NCBI GenBank assembly: GCA_963783425.1
Contig: CAWANO010000010.1
Coordinates: forward strand, 613,472 to 677,471
Length of the DNA stretch: 64,000 nt
Direction of reading: 5' to 3'
Origin: an uncultured delta proteobacterium
GTDB taxonomy: Bacteria > Desulfobacterota > Desulfobacteria > Desulfobacterales > QNYZ01
Shown piece by piece: positions 58,623 through 64,000 of the stretch. Position 1 is the first letter of the stretch; each line of letters opens with the position of its first letter. The translations under genes were made by a program, and so were the position numbers. A model generated the notes under the pieces. It did no database searches. It saw only the letters and a program-made list of their open reading frames with translations, and had not been told where the DNA came from.

Positions 58623-61595
58623 ATGAAAAGACCCGTCGACCCCCGTAATCCCGAACTGAAACACCGTGACCCTGTTGCGCGGTTTGAGGTGCGTCGCATC
58701 GAACCTCTGGATGAAATTGAAGGTATTTACTACGAGCTGGTGCATCAGCCCACCGGAGCCCGTTATGTGCACATCAGTCGCGCCGACAGTGAAAACAGCT
58801 TTGGGGTGGCCTTTAAGACCATTCCGCGCGACGGCACCGGCCTGGCACACATTCTCGAACACACCGTGCTGTGCGGATCGCGCCGCTATCCGGTGCGCGA
58901 CCCTTTTTTTTCGATGATCAAGCGCAGCCTCAACACCTTCATGAACGCGTTTACCGCCTCGGATTGGACCATGTATCCCTTCTCGACGCAGAACCGGCGC
59001 GACTTCTATAACCTGATGAGCGTCTATCTGGATGCGGCCTTTTTCCCCAAGATCGATGCCTTGAGCTTCAAGCAGGAAGGACACCGCCTGGCCTTCGAGC
59101 AGGAGCAGCTGGTTTTCAAGGGCGTGGTCTTCAATGAAATGAAAGGCGCCATGTCGTCGCCTGATCAGGTTATGGGGCGGGCGCTGATGACCGCGCTTTA
59201 TCCCGACACCACTTACTGCTTCAACTCCGGCGGTGACCCGGCCCAAATCCCCAGCCTGACCCACGCGCAGCTCAAGGCCTTTCACCAGCACCATTATCAC
59301 CCTAGCAACGCCTTTTTTTACAGCTACGGTGATCTGCCGCTGGCCGAGCACCTGGCCGCTGTTGACGAGCAGGTGCTGGTGCACTTCGATAAGATCGACC
59401 CCGACACACAGGTGCCGAGCCAGCCGCGCTGGTCAGCGCCCAAGCATTACCGTCAGGCCTATCCCGTGGCGTCCCAAGAGGAGGGTGACCGACAGCACCA
59501 GGCCTGTCTGGCCTGGCTGATGGCGCCCATCGAAGATGCCTTCGAGGTCTTTGTGTTGGCGCTGCTCGAGCAGATCCTGCTGGGAAATCCCGCCTCGCCC
59601 CTGCGCAAAGTCCTGCTCGAAGCGGGCATCGGCACCGCTTTGAGCGACGGCACGGGCTTCGACGCCGACAATCGCGACACGATGTTCGCCTGCGGTTTAA
59701 AGGGGGTGGGGGCCGACGATGGGCCGCGGGTGGCGGCGCTGGTGATGGACTGCCTCTCCGGTTTGGTCGAGAGCGGGATCGAATCCGGACTGATCGAGGC
59801 GGCCATCCACCAGGTGGAGTTTCACCACCGCGAGGTCACCAACACCCCCTATCCCTACGGGCTGAAACTGCTGCTGGGATTTGTGGGCGGGTGGCTGCAC
59901 GGGGCCGACGTGATCGACCGCCTGCGAATCGACGCCCACCTCACCCGACTGCGCCGGGAGATGGGCGACGGCGGGTTTTTCGAAGGTCGTGTCTGCCGCT
60001 GGTTTTTGGAAAATCCCCATCGCGTGGATTTTTTGCTGGAACCCGATCCGCAGCTCGAGGCCAGGAACCGGCAGCAGGAAGCGCAAACACTGGCCGATAT
60101 CGCGGCGGCGCTGGACGCCGCCGCCGAGGCGCAGATCCGTGAGGATGAAGCGCGGTTGGAGGCGCTTCAGCAGCGCCAGGAAGATCTTTCGGTGCTGCCG
60201 ACCCTGACCCGCGCGGACGTGCCCGAAACCGTGCAACAGATGGTACCGGATAACGGCCCCACCAATTTTGCCGCCAGTCCAACGCGGTATCAGCAGCCTA
60301 CCTCAGGCATCACCTATCTCACCAGCCTGGCCGGTGCCGGGCGGCTGGCCTCGGAGTTGTTACCGCTGGTGCCTTTTTTCTGTTACGCACTGCCCAAAAT
60401 CGGCACCCGACGGCGCGGCTACGTCGAGCTGGTGCGGCGCATCGATGCCCACACGGGTGGCCTGGGCTTTTCGGCTGCCGCCCGCACACCCGTCGGCGCC
60501 GCTGGCCAATCCCTGCCCCTGATCTTTGTGGGAGCCAAATGCCTGCAACGCAATATTGGCGAGATGTTAGACATCGTGGGCGAGCTGCTGAGCGAGGGCG
60601 ACTTTGGCGATCAAGAGCGCCTGGGGTCGCTGTTGGCCGAATACCGGGCCGGGCTGGAGACGGCCGTGATCCACGCTGGTCACCGCTTGGCCATATCGCT
60701 GGCCGCCCGTCATCTTTCCCAAAGCAGCGCCTTGAACGAAATTTGGAGCGGCATTCGACAGCTGCAAACCATCAAATCCTACGACCGCAACGATAACGAC
60801 GCCATGGGCGGCCTGTCGCGTTTGTTGGCGCGCATCGGCGCACGGTTGTTCACCCGCCAAAACTTCAAAGCGGCCCTGGTGGGCGACGCGGCCAGCTTGG
60901 CAGCGGCCCAAACCGGTTTCGAGCAGGCCATGACGCGGTTGGCTGATGATGGGAGCGATGGGTTCGGTCCGCCCGCCGTGACGGTGGCACCGGCGACGCC
61001 GGCGCTGTTCGAGGGGTGGCACACGACCACGGCGGTCTCTTTCGTGGCTCAGGCCTTTAGTGTCGTACCCCTGGACCACCCCGACGCCGCCGGCCTGGCG
61101 CTGCTGGCCAAAATCATGCGTTCCGCTTACCTGCACCGTGAAATTCGCGAGCGCGGAGGCGCTTACGGCGGGTTCGCCCTTTACAATCCGGAAAGCGCGC
61201 TGTTCGCTATGGCCTCTTACCGCGATCCCCATATCGTCCGAACCTTGATCGCCTTTGACGGAGCGCGCCGTTTCATGTGCGAGGGGCGCTTCAGCCGGCA
61301 AGACGTGGACGAGGCGGTTTTACAGGTATGTGCTGATATCGATAAGCCCTTTCCCCCGGGAGAGGCGGCGCGCAAGGCTTTTGTCCGTCGCGTGATTGGT
61401 CTCACCGACGAGCGACGCCTGGTGTTCAAGACCCGCGTGCTGGCGGCGAGGCACGAAGACCTAACGGTGGTGGCGCAACGCTATTTCGGCCGGGATGAGA
61501 TCAGCGGGGCCGTGGCGGTGATATCGGGCGAGCGCCAGCTTGAGGCCGCCAACGCCAAATTGGCAGAGCGCCAGTTGGACCTGCATAAAATATAA
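58623..61595 (+). CDS. M16C (PreP/insulinase-type) zinc metalloprotease
   Basis: It has the inverted zinc motif 'HILEHTVLCGS' and 'FNEMKGAM'. The ~990-aa length is typical of presequence-protease-like enzymes. Confidence 0.85.
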   Translation: MKRPVDPRNPELKHRDPVARFEVRRIEPLDEIEGIYYELVHQPTGARYVHISRADSENSFGVAFKTIPRDGTGLAHILEHTVLCGSRRYPVRDPFFSMIKRSLNTFMNAFTASDWTMYPFSTQNRRDFYNLMSVYLDAAFFPKIDALSFKQEGHRLAFEQEQLVFKGVVFNEMKGAMSSPDQVMGRALMTALYPDTTYCFNSGGDPAQIPSLTHAQLKAFHQHHYHPSNAFFYSYGDLPLAEHLAAVDEQVLVHFDKIDPDTQVPSQPRWSAPKHYRQAYPVASQEEGDRQHQACLAWLMAPIEDAFEVFVLALLEQILLGNPASPLRKVLLEAGIGTALSDGTGFDADNRDTMFACGLKGVGADDGPRVAALVMDCLSGLVESGIESGLIEAAIHQVEFHHREVTNTPYPYGLKLLLGFVGGWLHGADVIDRLRIDAHLTRLRREMGDGGFFEGRVCRWFLENPHRVDFLLEPDPQLEARNRQQEAQTLADIAAALDAAAEAQIREDEARLEALQQRQEDLSVLPTLTRADVPETVQQMVPDNGPTNFAASPTRYQQPTSGITYLTSLAGAGRLASELLPLVPFFCYALPKIGTRRRGYVELVRRIDAHTGGLGFSAAARTPVGAAGQSLPLIFVGAKCLQRNIGEMLDIVGELLSEGDFGDQERLGSLLAEYRAGLETAVIHAGHRLAISLAARHLSQSSALNEIWSGIRQLQTIKSYDRNDNDAMGGLSRLLARIGARLFTRQNFKAALVGDAASLAAAQTGFEQAMTRLADDGSDGFGPPAVTVAPATPALFEGWHTTTAVSFVAQAFSVVPLDHPDAAGLALLAKIMRSAYLHREIRERGGAYGGFALYNPESALFAMASYRDPHIVRTLIAFDGARRFMCEGRFSRQDVDEAVLQVCADIDKPFPPGEAARKAFVRRVIGLTDERRLVFKTRVLAARHEDLTVVAQRYFGRDEISGAVAVISGERQLEAANAKLAERQLDLHKI

Positions 61596-61812
61596 GGGTG
61601 TGCATGCCGCCAACACCACCTTCAACGGTGGGCTTCGTATTAATCCCTTTGGCGGTTGACGGCGACCCATAAATAGCGATAGTAAATAAAGTTTATTAGA
61701 TATTAGGTAATCGGCACGATTGACGAGGCCCGCAAATTCTGCCGGACCCGGGCGTTGCCCCGGGCAGTGCGGCGCGGGTATTTTTATTGCTATATTTGGC
61801 TTCGGTACCGAG

Positions 61813-63108
61813 ATGATCCAGCGCATACGCGGTTTCAGAGACATACTGCCCGACGAGAGCGGGCTATGGCAGCACATCGAACGCACGGCGGCCGGGCTCT
61901 TTGCCGATTTCGGCTTCAAGGAGATTCGCATTCCACTGATGGAGCGTACCGAGCTTTTCGCCCGCAGTATCGGAGAAGATACCGATATCGTGGAAAAAGA
62001 GATGTACACCCTGACTGACCGCGGCGGCGATCAGATCACCCTGCGCCCCGAAGCCACCGCTTCGGTGGTGCGAGCCTACCTGCAAAACAAGCTCTACGCC
62101 AGCGATCCGCTGCAAAAAGTCTACACCATCGGGCCTATGTTCCGGCGCGAGCGGCCCCAGAAAGGGCGCTACCGTCAATTTTATCAGATCAACGTGGAGG
62201 TTTTGGGGTCGGCCTCGGCCTTGGTGGATGCGCAGTTGATTTTTATGCTGATGCGGCTAATGGCCCGGCTCGAGGTGCGCGACGTGAGCGTGCATCTCAA
62301 TTCCTTGGGCTGCCCCGAATGCCGGCCGGCTTACCGTGAGAGGCTGCTGGGCTACATCGACGGCCGTGTCGACGCGCTCTGCAGCGATTGCCGGCGACGT
62401 CGGCAAAACAACCCTTTGCGGGTGCTCGATTGCAAGGTGCCCGATTGCCGCCAGGCCATGGCCGCGGCGCCGGCCATGGGTGACCATCTGTGCGACGCGT
62501 GCAAGGCGCATTTCGAAACCTGCCGCGCCGTGCTCACGCGCCTGGATGTTCCATTTAAGGTTGATAACCGTCTGGTGCGGGGGCTGGACTATTACACCCG
62601 TACCACCTTCGAAATTCAAACCAGTGCCCTGGGAGCCCAAAGCGCCGTAGCCGGCGGCGGGCGCTACGATGGTTTAATGGCGGCCCTGGGTGGCCCGCCC
62701 CTGCCGGCTACCGGTTTTGCCATCGGCCTCGATCGACTGGTCGAGATCGTGGCCCAGAGTGTACCCGGCGCGGCCGACCGTCACCAACGCCTTCCCGATC
62801 TTTTCGTGGCCGCCCTCGGCCCGCAAAGCCAACAGCAAGCCTGTCCGTGGATCGCCCAGCTGGCCGACAAGGGGGTGTGGGCCGAGATGGATTTCGAAGA
62901 CCGCAGTTTGAAAAGCCAGATGAAGCGTGCCGACCGGTCGGGCGCCCCCTGGACCCTGATCGTGGGCGAACGCGAGCTGGCCGAAGGTGAGCTGGTGCTG
63001 CGCAACATGCGGACCAAGCAGCAGCATGAGGTCTCGCTGGAAACCGTGGTGCCTGAACTGCTGGAGCATTTGATGTCCAACGCAGCGGGTCACCCGGAAA
63101 GTACCTGA
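61813..63108 (+). CDS. hisS: histidine--tRNA ligase
   Basis: From the ATG at 61813 it reads '[15 protein letters not shown]'. It also has '[13 protein letters not shown]', '[22 protein letters not shown]' and 'GGGRYDGL'. Confidence 0.92.
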   Translation: MIQRIRGFRDILPDESGLWQHIERTAAGLFADFGFKEIRIPLMERTELFARSIGEDTDIVEKEMYTLTDRGGDQITLRPEATASVVRAYLQNKLYASDPLQKVYTIGPMFRRERPQKGRYRQFYQINVEVLGSASALVDAQLIFMLMRLMARLEVRDVSVHLNSLGCPECRPAYRERLLGYIDGRVDALCSDCRRRRQNNPLRVLDCKVPDCRQAMAAAPAMGDHLCDACKAHFETCRAVLTRLDVPFKVDNRLVRGLDYYTRTTFEIQTSALGAQSAVAGGGRYDGLMAALGGPPLPATGFAIGLDRLVEIVAQSVPGAADRHQRLPDLFVAALGPQSQQQACPWIAQLADKGVWAEMDFEDRSLKSQMKRADRSGAPWTLIVGERELAEGELVLRNMRTKQQHEVSLETVVPELLEHLMSNAAGHPEST

Positions 63109-63136
63109 AAATCGTTTTGTTGGAGGAGGAAATCTT

Positions 63137-64000
63137 TTGATCGACAAGCTTGAAGAGATGCGCCGCACCCACAACTGCAGAGAGTTGACGGCCGAGGCCA
63201 TCGGCCAGGAGGTGGCGTTGATGGGCTGGGTTCAGCGCCGCCGCGACCACGGGGGCGTTATTTTCGTGGACCTGCGCGACCGCCACGGCATGACCCAGGT
63301 GGTCTTCAACCCGGCCGTAAGCGCCGAAGTGCACGAAAAGGCCCACGTTTTGCGCAGTGAATACGTGCTTGGTGTGCGGGGCCGGGTGGATGCCCGCCCG
63401 GAAGGCATGGTCAACCCCAACCTGTTCACGGGGCAGATCGAGGTCACCGTCACCGCCTTCAAGATTCTCAACACGGCCGAGACGCCGCCCTTTCCGGTGG
63501 AAGATCAGATCGACGTCTCCGAATCGGTGCGCCTCAAGCATCGCCACATCGATCTGCGGCGGCCACGGATGCAACACAACCTCATGATGCGCCATCGGGC
63601 GGCCCGGGCCGTGCGGGGCTACCTCGACGAGCTGGGCTTTTTGGACGTGGAAACCCCCTTTTTAACTCGCAGCACCCCCGAGGGCGCGCGTGATTACCTG
63701 GTGCCCAGTCGCGTCAACCCCGGATTTTTCTACGCCCTGCCGCAGTCGCCGCAACTTTTCAAGCAGCTGCTGATGATCTCGGGGTTCGATCGCTACTACC
63801 AGATCGTGCACTGTTTCCGGGACGAGGATTTGCGGGCCGACCGGCAACCCGAGTTCACCCAGATCGACATCGAAATGTCTTTCGTGGGTGAAGAGGATGT
63901 CATGGAGATGGCCGAAGGGTTGATGGCCTCCGTCTACGGCGCCGTGCTCGGCAAGACCCTTCCACGCCCCTTTGCGCGTCTGACCTGGGATCAGGCCCTG
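63137..64000 (+). CDS. aspS: aspartate--tRNA ligase (3' end off-window)
   Basis: This gene is not in the ORF track because no stop falls in the window. A GGAGGAGG RBS lies 7 nt before the TTG at 63137; an alternative ATG is at 63158. It translates to '...[11 protein letters not shown]...[22 protein letters not shown]...[16 protein letters not shown]...[23 protein letters not shown]'. Confidence 0.92.
   Translation, partial: MIDKLEEMRRTHNCRELTAEAIGQEVALMGWVQRRRDHGGVIFVDLRDRHGMTQVVFNPAVSAEVHEKAHVLRSEYVLGVRGRVDARPEGMVNPNLFTGQIEVTVTAFKILNTAETPPFPVEDQIDVSESVRLKHRHIDLRRPRMQHNLMMRHRAARAVRGYLDELGFLDVETPFLTRSTPEGARDYLVPSRVNPGFFYALPQSPQLFKQLLMISGFDRYYQIVHCFRDEDLRADRQPEFTQIDIEMSFVGEEDVMEMAEGLMASVYGAVLGKTLPRPFARLTWDQAL

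Overview
This 64-kb window is an origin-proximal chromosomal segment from a GC-rich bacterium that uses selenocysteine. The gene content looks like an anaerobic Desulfobacterota (deltaproteobacterial) genome, but that is inference only.

Housekeeping backbone: dnaN-gyrB, thyX, asnS, a degP/htrA protease, a radical-SAM gene followed by rng, rpmH-rnpA-yidD-yidC-jag-mnmE, a BMP-type ABC transporter, rsmA, an M16 protease, hisS, and aspS (3' end off-window). Two consensus parS sites lie near mnmE.

Non-routine content:
1. Two divergently transcribed genes carry an in-frame TGA exactly at a catalytic Cys position, each followed by a SECIS-like hairpin. One is a rhodanese::ferritin-like fusion, the other a GrdB/PrdB-family protein. 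They sit between an FAD oxidoreductase, a Tat-exported aldo/keto reductase and cutA.
2. A glycosyltransferase, nucleotidyltransferase, PqqD and HPr-kinase-like cassette (peptide-modification type) is cut by the left window edge.
3. A 1394-aa protein ends in a PPDK-type ATP-grasp plus phospho-His swivel module with no PEP/pyruvate barrel. It is followed by an atypically long GAPDH-like gene.
4. An EndoQ-like PHP::UvrD helicase fusion sits next to an RdgC-like gene pair upstream of dnaN.
5. An AT-rich accessory patch at 9.4-12.4 kb encodes an extremely Tyr-rich secreted protein and an acidic protein containing a 30-bp tandem repeat.
6. A TolC, lipoprotein and AI-2E-transporter operon is present.

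Six genes are interrupted by frameshifts, and each is repaired by deleting one base: gyrB, jag, oadB (twice), the Tyr-rich gene and the repeat gene. This most likely reflects insertion errors in the assembly rather than biology.

I recognised no rRNA, tRNA, CRISPR array, transposase or integrase.
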